The position numbers and the translations under genes are program-made. From the NCBI GenBank assembly GCA_016184105.1, contig JACPDI010000007.1:69287-133286 (forward strand): DNA of 64,000 nucleotides, given 5' to 3'. This document shows, one piece after another, positions 55,219-63,512 of the stretch; position 1 is the first letter of the stretch; each line of letters starts with the position of its first letter. Origin of the DNA: Acidobacteriota bacterium (lineage in GTDB: Bacteria > Acidobacteriota > Vicinamibacteria > Vicinamibacterales > 2-12-FULL-66-21). The notes under the pieces are model-generated. The model searched no databases. It was not told the DNA's origin and saw nothing but the letters and a program-made list of their open reading frames with translations.

Positions 55219-58176
55219 ATGAAACTCTCGATCCTGCTGTGGGGCATTCCGCAGGCGATGCGAGTGGCTGCGCGCGTGTACCCCGAGTACGCCTCCCGCT
55301 TGAAGGAGAGGAATCTCGTCGCGCAGTTCAGACTGCGGGACAGGCCAGAGGGTCGCTGGATCGGGCTCGATAACGGCAGGATCAGCTCAGGACGCGGCAT
55401 CCACGAGCATCCCGACATCACCATCGAGTTCAAGAACAAGGCGATCGCGGAGAGCTTCCTCACGCCGCCGGTCGACTTGCTGGAGCGCATCGACGCCGCG
55501 AAAAACTACAAGGTCCGCCTGATCGGCCCTGATGACCTCGCGACCTGGTTCCTGGGCATCCTGACCCGGTTGGAGTCGGTCACCTGGAAGGCCGGGACCC
55601 GTATGGGCAACGGCGTCGTGCGCTACACGAGCGGCACCAACGGCGGCCCGATCTTCGTCTACGTCAAGGACGGCAGGATCATCCGCACCACGCCGATCGA
55701 CTTCGACGACAAGGACGCGCCGTCCTGGTCCATCACCGCGCGCGGCAGGACGTTCACCCCGTCGCGGCGGACGACGCTGGCCGCGCACGGTATGTGCCAG
55801 AAGTCGATGGTGTACTCGAGCGGCCGCCTGCTCTATCCGATGAAGCGGGTCGACTTCGACCCGAACGGCGCGCGCAACCCCCAGAACCGGGGCAAGTCCG
55901 CGTTCGAGCGCATCACCTGGGACGAAGCGCTGGACATCGTCGCCAGCGAGATCAAGCGCGCCAAGGCCGCAGGTCCGGGCGCCATCGCGGTCGACCACGG
56001 CTCGCACCACCAGTGGGGCAACCTCGGACACTACCTGAGCGCCTTCAACCGCTTCTGGAACCTGATCGGCGTCACCAAGCTCGTGCACAGCCCCGACAGT
56101 TGGGAAGGCTGGTTCTGGGGCGCGATGCACCACTGGGGCAACAGTTTGCGCCTCGGGTGCCCCGAGTTCTACGGCACCGTGGAGGACTGCCTCAAGGAGG
56201 CGGAGATGATCGTGTTCTGGTCCAGCGACCCGGACACGACCTACGGGTTCGAGGGGGCGCAGCGGCGCGAGTGGGCCAAAGAACTCGGCATCAAGATGGT
56301 CCACATCGATCCTTACCTGAACCACACCGCGGCGCACCTGGGCGGCAAGTGGATCGCGCCCAGGCCGGGGACCGACCCCGCGCTTGCGCAGGCGATCTGC
56401 CACGTCTGGATCGCCGAGGGGCTCTACGACAAGGAGTTCGTCGCGAACAGGACCACGGGGTTCGACGAATGGAAGGCCTACGTTCTGGGTGAGAGCGACG
56501 GCGTGCCGAAGTCGCCCGAGTGGCAGGAGGCCGAGACCGGTGTGCCGGCGCGCGACGTCCGCGCACTGGCGCGCGAGTGGGGAACCAAGAAGACCTACCT
56601 CGGCGCGGGAAGCTGGGGTTCCGGCGTCGGCGGCGCCGGCCGCGGCCCGACGGGCATGCAGTGGGCCCGGATGATGACCATCCTCGCCGCGATGCAGGGT
56701 TGGGGCCGCCCGGGCTGCAACTTCGGCAACCTGCAGTTCGGCGCGCCGGTCGACTTCAACTTCTATTTCCCGGGCTACGGCGAGGGCAGCTTCTCCGGCG
56801 ACCTGGCCTTCAGCGCCAATTCGGCCAACAACTACCAGCGCATGCCGCACATCGTGACGATGAACACGGTGCGGCAGGCCGTCCCCAGGATCTGGTTCCC
56901 CGAGGCGATCACGCAGGGGAAGGCCATGGCGTACATCAACGACGTCTCGTCGGTGCAGGGGCAGTTCTTCCCGGTCTTTTACCCCTCGCCGGGCCACGTG
57001 CCCGTGCAGATGCTCTACAAGTACGGCAGCCAGTTGTTCGGCACGATGGTGGCCGGCAACCGCTGGGCCCGCGCGTACCAGCACGAAAGCCTGAAGTTCA
57101 TCGTCAACCAGTCGGTCTGGAAGGAGGGGGAGACACCGTTCTCGGACATCATCCTGCCCGCGTGCACGGTCTTCGAGAAGTGGGACATCGGCGAGTGGTA
57201 CAACGTTGGCGCCGGGTACGTGCACCACATGTACTCGATGAACAACCACCGCGTGATCTCGCTGCAGCACAAGTGCATCGAGCCGCTGGGCGAGTCGAAG
57301 TCCGACTACAACATCTTCCTCGCCGTCTCGGAGAGACTGGGCCTCGGAGCCGTGTACTCGGAAGGCGGCACCTCAGAGCTGGACTGGTGCAAGCGCGTGT
57401 TCGAGTCCTCCGACCTGGCCGGGCACATCTCCTGGCGGCAGTTTCTCAAGAAAGGCTACTTCGTCGTGCCCGCCGATCCGGAACCGGCGCGTGCGCCGGT
57501 CGCGAACCGCTGGTACTACGAAGGCCGGAAGAAGGACACGCCCGAACCCTATCCGCTGCCGTCGGACTACGTGGGCGGATACCTCGAGGGCCTGCAGACG
57601 CGTTCGGGTAAGTACGAGTTCGTGGCCCAGTCGCTCGAGAGCATCGACGATCCGGACCGCCCGCCGCTCAACCGGTACATGCCGACCTACGAAGATCCGA
57701 AGCGCAACCCGGATCTCGCCGACTTTCCGCTGAAGCTGCAGACGGCGCACACCCGCTACCCGTACCACGTCATGGGCGACGCCGAGGGCAGCACGCTCAA
57801 CGACATCCGGGAACATCGCGTGTTCAACAACGGACGCTACTACCTCGTGGCCCGGATGAGCAGGGAGGATGCCGAGGCGAGAGGGATCAAGGACGACGAT
57901 CTGATCCGGCTGTGGAACCACCGCGCCTCGATCGTCTGTGCGGCCCAGGTCACGGAACGGCTCCGGCCGGGCACCGTCAGCGCCTATTCGGGATCGGCCA
58001 AGTACGACCCGGTGGGAGAACCCGGCAGGTCCACAGACCTCGGTGGCTGCGTGAACATGCTGAATCCCAAGGAGTCGATCACGAAGAAGGGGCATGGGAT
58101 CAAGCCCAACTGCGTGCTGATCCAGGTTGAGAAGTGGGCCGGCGTCGACACCTGGCAGCCGACGGAGACCGCGTGA
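55219..58176 (+). CDS. Molybdopterin oxidoreductase large subunit, pyrogallol-phloroglucinol transhydroxylase (AthL)-like, with extra N-terminal domain
   Basis: A GGAGGGTGAG RBS precedes it. From about aa 125 it reads YTSGTNGGPIFVYVKDGRIIRTTPIDFDDKDAPSWSITARGRTFTPSRRT...FWSSDPDTTYG...ILPACTVFEKWDI, which closely parallels the Pelobacter transhydroxylase alpha subunit as I recall it. It has no N-terminal Fe-S Cys cluster and no Tat signal. Confidence 0.8.
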   Translation: MKLSILLWGIPQAMRVAARVYPEYASRLKERNLVAQFRLRDRPEGRWIGLDNGRISSGRGIHEHPDITIEFKNKAIAESFLTPPVDLLERIDAAKNYKVRLIGPDDLATWFLGILTRLESVTWKAGTRMGNGVVRYTSGTNGGPIFVYVKDGRIIRTTPIDFDDKDAPSWSITARGRTFTPSRRTTLAAHGMCQKSMVYSSGRLLYPMKRVDFDPNGARNPQNRGKSAFERITWDEALDIVASEIKRAKAAGPGAIAVDHGSHHQWGNLGHYLSAFNRFWNLIGVTKLVHSPDSWEGWFWGAMHHWGNSLRLGCPEFYGTVEDCLKEAEMIVFWSSDPDTTYGFEGAQRREWAKELGIKMVHIDPYLNHTAAHLGGKWIAPRPGTDPALAQAICHVWIAEGLYDKEFVANRTTGFDEWKAYVLGESDGVPKSPEWQEAETGVPARDVRALAREWGTKKTYLGAGSWGSGVGGAGRGPTGMQWARMMTILAAMQGWGRPGCNFGNLQFGAPVDFNFYFPGYGEGSFSGDLAFSANSANNYQRMPHIVTMNTVRQAVPRIWFPEAITQGKAMAYINDVSSVQGQFFPVFYPSPGHVPVQMLYKYGSQLFGTMVAGNRWARAYQHESLKFIVNQSVWKEGETPFSDIILPACTVFEKWDIGEWYNVGAGYVHHMYSMNNHRVISLQHKCIEPLGESKSDYNIFLAVSERLGLGAVYSEGGTSELDWCKRVFESSDLAGHISWRQFLKKGYFVVPADPEPARAPVANRWYYEGRKKDTPEPYPLPSDYVGGYLEGLQTRSGKYEFVAQSLESIDDPDRPPLNRYMPTYEDPKRNPDLADFPLKLQTAHTRYPYHVMGDAEGSTLNDIREHRVFNNGRYYLVARMSREDAEARGIKDDDLIRLWNHRASIVCAAQVTERLRPGTVSAYSGSAKYDPVGEPGRSTDLGGCVNMLNPKESITKKGHGIKPNCVLIQVEKWAGVDTWQPTETA

Positions 58177-59027
58177 TGGCCAAGATGTGGAACCTGATCG
58201 TCGACGTGGCGCGCTGCGACAACTGCCGACTCTGCTTCCTTGCGGTCAAGGACGAGTACGTGGGCAACGATTTCGCCGGCTACTCGGCCGCACAGCCCGT
58301 CCAGGGACATCACTGGCTCGACATCCGGCGCAAGGAGCGCGGCACCTACCCGTTCGTCCAGGCGCGCTTCATGCCGGTGATGTGCAACCACTGCGACCAT
58401 GCACCCTGCATCAAGGCGGCACGTGACGGCGCCGTGCGCAAGCGCCCGGACGGCATCGTGATCATCGATCCCGAGAAGTCGAAGGGCCAGAAGCAGATCG
58501 TGAACGCCTGCCCCTACGGCGCGGTCGCCTGGAACGAGGAGAAGCAGATCCCGCAGGCGTGGACGTTCGACGCGCATCTACTGGACGAGGGCTGGACCCG
58601 GACGCGGGCCGAGCAGGCCTGCCCGATGAACGTCTACCGCACGATCAAGGTCGAGGACGAGGAGATGCAGCGGATCCAGGCCGAGGAGCACCTCGAGGTC
58701 CTCGAGCCCAGGCTGGCGACGAAGCCGCGCGTCTACTACAGGAACCTCCACGTGATCACGAAGTGCTTCGTCGGCGGGACCGTCGTCCAGCGGATGGACG
58801 GCGTCGAGGATTGCGCCGCCGGCGTCGAAGTCGTTCTCGAGAAGGATGGCCGTGAGGCCGGGCGGGCGACGACGGATGCCTTCGGTGAGTTCATGATCGA
58901 CGGGCTCGAGCCGAACAGCAGCCGCTATCACCTGAAAGCCGCCGGCCCGTCGGGACGGTTCTCGACGCAGTTCGACCTTGCCGACGAGAGCCGCTATCTC
59001 GGCGTGCTCACACTGGCCGCGGGCTAG
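58176..59027 (+). CDS. Iron-sulfur (4Fe-4S ferredoxin-type) small subunit of the molybdoenzyme with C-terminal beta-sandwich domain
   Basis: A TGATG overlap with the large subunit sets the start at MAKMWNLIVDVARCDNCRLC. Further Cys clusters are CNHCDHAPC and CPYGA...CP. The C-terminal GGTVVQRMDG...VEVVLEKDGRE... is carboxypeptidase-regulatory-like. Confidence 0.85.
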   Translation: MAKMWNLIVDVARCDNCRLCFLAVKDEYVGNDFAGYSAAQPVQGHHWLDIRRKERGTYPFVQARFMPVMCNHCDHAPCIKAARDGAVRKRPDGIVIIDPEKSKGQKQIVNACPYGAVAWNEEKQIPQAWTFDAHLLDEGWTRTRAEQACPMNVYRTIKVEDEEMQRIQAEEHLEVLEPRLATKPRVYYRNLHVITKCFVGGTVVQRMDGVEDCAAGVEVVLEKDGREAGRATTDAFGEFMIDGLEPNSSRYHLKAAGPSGRFSTQFDLADESRYLGVLTLAAG

Positions 59028-59065
59028 CAGCAGCACCACCGTCACCGTCACCACCAACACCATGA

Positions 59066-60487
59066 TCACCGCTCAGACGCCTGCAACGCGTCACGTGCCG
59101 CGCGGGCCCAGATCTCCTGCCATGCCGTGAACTCCGCTGGCCTGATCGGATAGCGCGCGAAGTTGCCCTCGTGGAGACCCAACAACTCGGTCTCGGCGAC
59201 CTCGCGAAACGCCGCCCGGTCGCTCTCTTCGAGATGCGCCGTCGCCCATGACGCGATGTGGGCAGCAGCCGTCTTTCGGTCCATGCGGCCCCGCACAACC
59301 TCCGCGACCACAGCGCGGAGCGCGTCTCGATGATGCAGCCGGAAGGGATCGGGCTCGCCGAGTGACTGCCGCACGGCGGCATAGCGCTCGGCAGAACGCT
59401 CATACGACCAGATGAACACATCCCGGAGAAGTTCGATCCGGTTGAGCTCGTAGACTCCGAGAGCGGCGTGCGCGTACAGGCCGCGCGGCAGATCCGTGAA
59501 TGAAAGGGGCGAGAGATTGGCTCTGATGAACGGAATGTTCGCCGCCATTCGGGACACGCGCTTGTTCACATCATCAAACGGCTGCAGGTACGGCAGCTGC
59601 ACCATCACGAAGAAGGACTGCTCGAATGGATCTGTAATCGCCGCAGCGGTCGCGAGCAGCTGGTCAAAGCACTCCTCGACAAGCTGCGGGGTCTCAGGCG
59701 GGTGGTAGACCGATCCGTCGATGCCAACCCCGATGTGACGCAGTCGTCCGGCAGCCCTCTCGTCGGCCAAGAGGTTGTTCGCAAGGATGGCATGCAGGTT
59801 CAAAATCGTGTACCGGTTGAAGCCGATCTCCGCCGCGTTGCCGACGAGAAACTCCACTGCATCCTTGTGATTGAGAATCATCTGGGCTTCGAGCCGGTCT
59901 CGACCTTCCGCCTCCTGGCCGAACTCAATCAGCCGCTTCGTGTCGAGCAGTGAGTACGTGTTCCCCTCGAGACGACTCGAATTCCATGACAGGTCGATCA
60001 GAAGTCGGTTCAGGATTTGCCGCGCGTACGTTCCCGCCGGCTCCTGCCCGCTCACCGGTCTCGCCCCTATCTCGGCTAGGCGCGCGCGCGCGCGCTCCGG
60101 AAGGTAGAACGTTTCTCCCGGGCGGTAGGTATTCAGGAATTCCCGGTTGTAGCCGACCGGCTTGCGCGCGACGAGCGGCTGGCGTAGATACACCCTGATC
60201 TCCTGGCTCTCAGGGGACAGGGGTACCGCGGCTTCATCTGCCGCGGCTTCTGGCTGCGCCGGGGCACGCGCGGCGCCGGGCGCACTGTAACGCGCCCAGC
60301 GCCCTTCGCCCTCGCGAAGAACGCGGCCGCCATCCACGAGACGCTTCAACCGGAACTGCAGCGTGCGCCGCGGCACTTGTTCACTGAGGACATCCCCGAT
60401 CTCGGCCGAAGTGATCCCTGGGTGGGCGCGCACGGCGTTCTCGATCTCATCCAGCTCGTCAGCGGGGATCGGTCTAGGCACGGTCAA
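59066..60487 (-). CDS. Fic/DOC-family protein with N-terminal winged-helix domain and degenerate active-site motif
   Basis: The N-terminal wHTH reads RRTLQFRLKRLVDGGRVLREGEGRWARY. The Fic-fold core is present, but the catalytic motif position reads QPFDDVNKRVSR rather than HPFx(D/E)GN(G/K)R. Confidence 0.75.
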   Translation of the reverse strand: MTVPRPIPADELDEIENAVRAHPGITSAEIGDVLSEQVPRRTLQFRLKRLVDGGRVLREGEGRWARYSAPGAARAPAQPEAAADEAAVPLSPESQEIRVYLRQPLVARKPVGYNREFLNTYRPGETFYLPERARARLAEIGARPVSGQEPAGTYARQILNRLLIDLSWNSSRLEGNTYSLLDTKRLIEFGQEAEGRDRLEAQMILNHKDAVEFLVGNAAEIGFNRYTILNLHAILANNLLADERAAGRLRHIGVGIDGSVYHPPETPQLVEECFDQLLATAAAITDPFEQSFFVMVQLPYLQPFDDVNKRVSRMAANIPFIRANLSPLSFTDLPRGLYAHAALGVYELNRIELLRDVFIWSYERSAERYAAVRQSLGEPDPFRLHHRDALRAVVAEVVRGRMDRKTAAAHIASWATAHLEESDRAAFREVAETELLGLHEGNFARYPIRPAEFTAWQEIWARAARDALQASER

Positions 60488-60514
60488 AGGCCTCGAAGTT
60501 GCGCGGACAGCTCA

Positions 60515-60643
60515 TACGCGCAATTAAACCACTTGTATGCGCAATAATCAAGTGTACGAGCAATTATTGTTGCGCCTATGGTCAAATGGCCGTATACGCG
60601 CAACAACGACAGGCCTACGCGCAACGAACTGCCCTGCGCGCAA
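60515..60643 (+). promoter_or_regulatory. Phased array of six direct 9-mers TA(C/T)G(C/A)GCAA (plus one inverted copy) upstream of the Fic gene
   Basis: Copies start at 60515, 60536, 60555, 60595, 60616 and 60635, giving spacings of 21, 19, 40, 21 and 19 bp. An inverted TTGCGCC sits at about 60571, in the gap. Most copies are followed by AT-rich tails. Confidence 0.7.
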
Positions 60644-60838
60644 GCAGCAATTGGGCCTTCAGGGCCGCTGCACGAGTGCGCTCGTCGCACGAAAAGCCGA
60701 GCTCGTTCTTTGGCTCGTCTTGCCAGGCGGACTCTTGAAGAAATTTGCAGCCGCATTCTCCAAGCAGTCTCTGTTCAATGGCCTACAAGCAGGTGTGATG
60801 CCCGACTGGTACGCAAAATGCTCCTCTCGACAGTGCCT

Positions 60839-61558
60839 ATGAGCGCGGAAGCTCTGTTCGAACTGAGCGAGCCGCACCGCATGAGTTCGCAAGACGTGAA
60901 GACGTGGATTCGCGATCGTGGGCTGACGCTGCTGTTGATGTCGATGTTCGCGCTGTTCGTCGTCGGACAGGTCGCGACCGGGCATGCGGAGTACAACGCG
61001 GAGCAGCAGGAACATGGAAAGCCCCGCGTCACGCTGACGACCTACCTCGGCACCGGCCATCCGTGGGAGGCGCTATTCGAGAACTGGGAGAGCGAGTTCC
61101 TGCAGATGGCTGTCTTCGTACTCCTGACCACCTTTCTGATTCAGAAAGGCTCGCCGGAATCGAGACGACCGGGCGTCAAGGAACTCGTCGATACCGACCC
61201 CCGCGACTTCGCCGACGATCCCGAGGCACCGTGGCCGGTCCGACGCGGTGGCTGGATCCTGCGACTCTACGAGCATTCGCTCGGGCTCGCCTTCATTGGG
61301 CTGTTCATCGGGTCATGGGTCGGTCATGCGGTGGGCGGATTCGCGGAATATGCCGCCGACGAAGTCCTGCATGCGCAACCGCAGCCCACATTCGTCGATT
61401 ACATCGCATCATCCCGGTTCTGGTTCGAATCGTTTCAAAACTGGCAGAGCGAGTTCCTGGCGATCGCGTCGATGGTGTGGCTCGCGGTCTACCTGCGACA
61501 ACGCTGGTCCCCGGAGTCGAAACCCGTGCACGCGCCGCACTCGGAAACGGGACGCTGA
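60839..61558 (+). CDS. DUF6766-like integral membrane protein
   Basis: It has a duplicated motif, ENWESEFLQMAVFVLLT and QNWQSEFLAIASMVWLAVYLRQRWSPESKP, and four TM helices. The start is ambiguous (60818, 60839 or 60881), and the track start at 60578 is rejected. Confidence 0.7.
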   Translation: MSAEALFELSEPHRMSSQDVKTWIRDRGLTLLLMSMFALFVVGQVATGHAEYNAEQQEHGKPRVTLTTYLGTGHPWEALFENWESEFLQMAVFVLLTTFLIQKGSPESRRPGVKELVDTDPRDFADDPEAPWPVRRGGWILRLYEHSLGLAFIGLFIGSWVGHAVGGFAEYAADEVLHAQPQPTFVDYIASSRFWFESFQNWQSEFLAIASMVWLAVYLRQRWSPESKPVHAPHSETGR

Positions 61559-61572
61559 GAGGACGAATCACG

Positions 61573-63099
61573 ATGCCCACGAAGAGCACCAGCACGACAC
61601 CCTACTGGGCCACGTCGGCCACGTTCCCGCAGTTCGCGAAGCTCACCCAGGATGTCGTGACTGACGTCGTCGTCGTGGGCGGGGGCGTGACAGGCCTGAC
61701 CGCGGCCTGCCTGTTGGCAAAGGGCGGCAAGCGCGTCGTGGTGCTCGAGCGCGACCGCTGCGCGATGACCGACACCGGCCACACGAGCGCGCACCTCACG
61801 ATGGTAACCGACGCGCGCCTGACCGAGCTTGTAAATCGGCTCGGGCGCGATCACGCGCAAGCCGTCTGGGACGCGGGTTTGGCGGCGATCGCGACGATCG
61901 ACGAGATCATTCGCGAGCATGCGATTGACGCTGGCTTCGAGTGGGTCGATGGATACCTGCACGCGCCGCTGAAGGAGGGCACCCTTGAAGAGTCGGCGCG
62001 TCTGCGGGAAGACACCACGCTGGCCCGCGAGATGGGATTCGACGCCGAGTACATCGAGACCGTACCACTGGCCAATCAACCGGGCGTCCGCTTCGCCGAT
62101 CAGGCGCGCATTCACCCACGGAGCTATTTGGCCGGCGTCGCGAAGGCCTTTATCGCCCGCGGTGGCCGCATTTTCGAGCACTCGGCAGCCGACGAGTTCT
62201 GTGACGACCCGCGAGCGGTGAAGGTGAGTGGCCAGACGGTTCGGTGTGAGGACCTTGTCATCGCGACGCACAATCCGGTGGTCGGCTTGGCCGGTCTGGC
62301 GGGCGCAACCCTCTTTCAGACGAAGCTGGCGCTGTACACCAGCTACGTCGTTGCCGGCCGCGTACCGAAGGGCCAGGTGCCTGACGCGCTGTGGTGGGAC
62401 ACGAGCGATCCGTACTACTACCTGCGCGTCGAGCCGCACCGGGACTTTGACGTCGTCATCCTCGGCGGCGAGGACCACAAAACCGGCCAGCAGGACGACA
62501 CCGTCGCGTGCTACGAGCGCCTCGAAACGCGTCTCATTGCGCTCATTCCTCAGGTGGACGTGACGCATCGCTGGTCCGGCCAGGTCATCGAGACGCCCGA
62601 TGGGCTGCCCTACATCGGGCAAATCACTGACCATCAATACGCAGCCACCGGATATGCCGGCAACGGCCTGACGTTCGGCACGTTGGCGGGCATGATGATG
62701 TCCGATGCCATCCTCGGACGAACGAACCCGTGGAGTGAGCTGTTCGACCCAGGCCGGAAGGCGCTCACGCGCGGCGCCTGGGACTACCTCAAGGAGAACG
62801 TCGACTACCCGTACTACGTGATTCGCGACCGCTCTGCAGGGACCGACGCTCGATCGCTTTGGGCCGTGAAACGAGGGCAGGGTCGTATCATCGAACGCGA
62901 CGGTGCAAAGGTTGCCGCGTATCGCGACCCGTCGGGAGCGGTCACGCTCCGCTCCGCGACCTGCACCCATATGGGATGCGTCGTGGCGTGGAACACCGCC
63001 GAGCGGACATGGGATTGCCCCTGCCATGGATCGCGGTTCAAGCCAACCGGAGACGTGATCTCCGGGCCCGCCGAAGCGCCGCTGCCCAAGGTGGAGTGA
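61573..63099 (+). CDS. FAD-dependent oxidoreductase (DAO family) fused to a C-terminal Rieske [2Fe-2S] domain
   Basis: It has a GAGAGGA RBS and the start MPTKSTS. The dinucleotide fold reads DVVVVGGGVTGLTAACLLAKGG. The Rieske motifs are CTHMGC...CPCHGS. Only the last 508 codons of track ORF 60904-63099 are used. Confidence 0.88.
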   Translation: MPTKSTSTTPYWATSATFPQFAKLTQDVVTDVVVVGGGVTGLTAACLLAKGGKRVVVLERDRCAMTDTGHTSAHLTMVTDARLTELVNRLGRDHAQAVWDAGLAAIATIDEIIREHAIDAGFEWVDGYLHAPLKEGTLEESARLREDTTLAREMGFDAEYIETVPLANQPGVRFADQARIHPRSYLAGVAKAFIARGGRIFEHSAADEFCDDPRAVKVSGQTVRCEDLVIATHNPVVGLAGLAGATLFQTKLALYTSYVVAGRVPKGQVPDALWWDTSDPYYYLRVEPHRDFDVVILGGEDHKTGQQDDTVACYERLETRLIALIPQVDVTHRWSGQVIETPDGLPYIGQITDHQYAATGYAGNGLTFGTLAGMMMSDAILGRTNPWSELFDPGRKALTRGAWDYLKENVDYPYYVIRDRSAGTDARSLWAVKRGQGRIIERDGAKVAAYRDPSGAVTLRSATCTHMGCVVAWNTAERTWDCPCHGSRFKPTGDVISGPAEAPLPKVE

Positions 63100-63139
63100 C
63101 GGATGGTACGACCGATGGCGGGGAGGCTCCGATCGACTG

Positions 63140-63454
63140 GTGCGACCGCGTCAGAGGCGTGCGGCGGTCTTCGCGGAGGCGACCAGTGAGTTGCGCGCGC
63201 ATTTCGAGAAGTCGATCCCAGTCTTGGCGCACGTAGAGACGCCGGTGGCGTGGGAGGGGCTGTTCGCGATGACCCCAGACAGCCTGCCGTATATCGGGCC
63301 ACATCGGCGCTATCCCCGCCACTGGTTCGCGTTGGGCTATGGAGGAAATGGCATGACGTTCGGCGCCCTGGCGGCGCGGCTGCTCGTCGAGCGATGGCAG
63401 GGGGCGACCTCTGACGACCATGCGCTCTTCGAGTTCGGCCGAATGCGGCAATGA
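63140..63454 (+). pseudogene. C-terminal fragment of a second DAO-family FAD oxidoreductase
   Basis: It reads WEGLFAMTPDSLPYIGPHRRYPRHWFALGYGGNGMTFGALAARLL. This parallels WSGQVIETPDGLPYIGQ...ATGYAGNGLTFGTLAGMM of the upstream gene. It has no FAD-binding N-terminus. Confidence 0.55.
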
Positions 63455-63512
63455 ACAGAGACCCTTGACGCTCGCTCACGGAGCGTCTCTGAATGTGGCG
63501 AAGGAGATTGTG

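Noticed and set aside
59031-59065. A CACC/GTCACC-rich low-complexity tract (caccaccgtcaccgtcaccaccaacacc) between the convergent Fe-S subunit and Fic genes.
   Set aside because: It is a short imperfect repeat with no hairpin potential and no recurrence elsewhere in the window.
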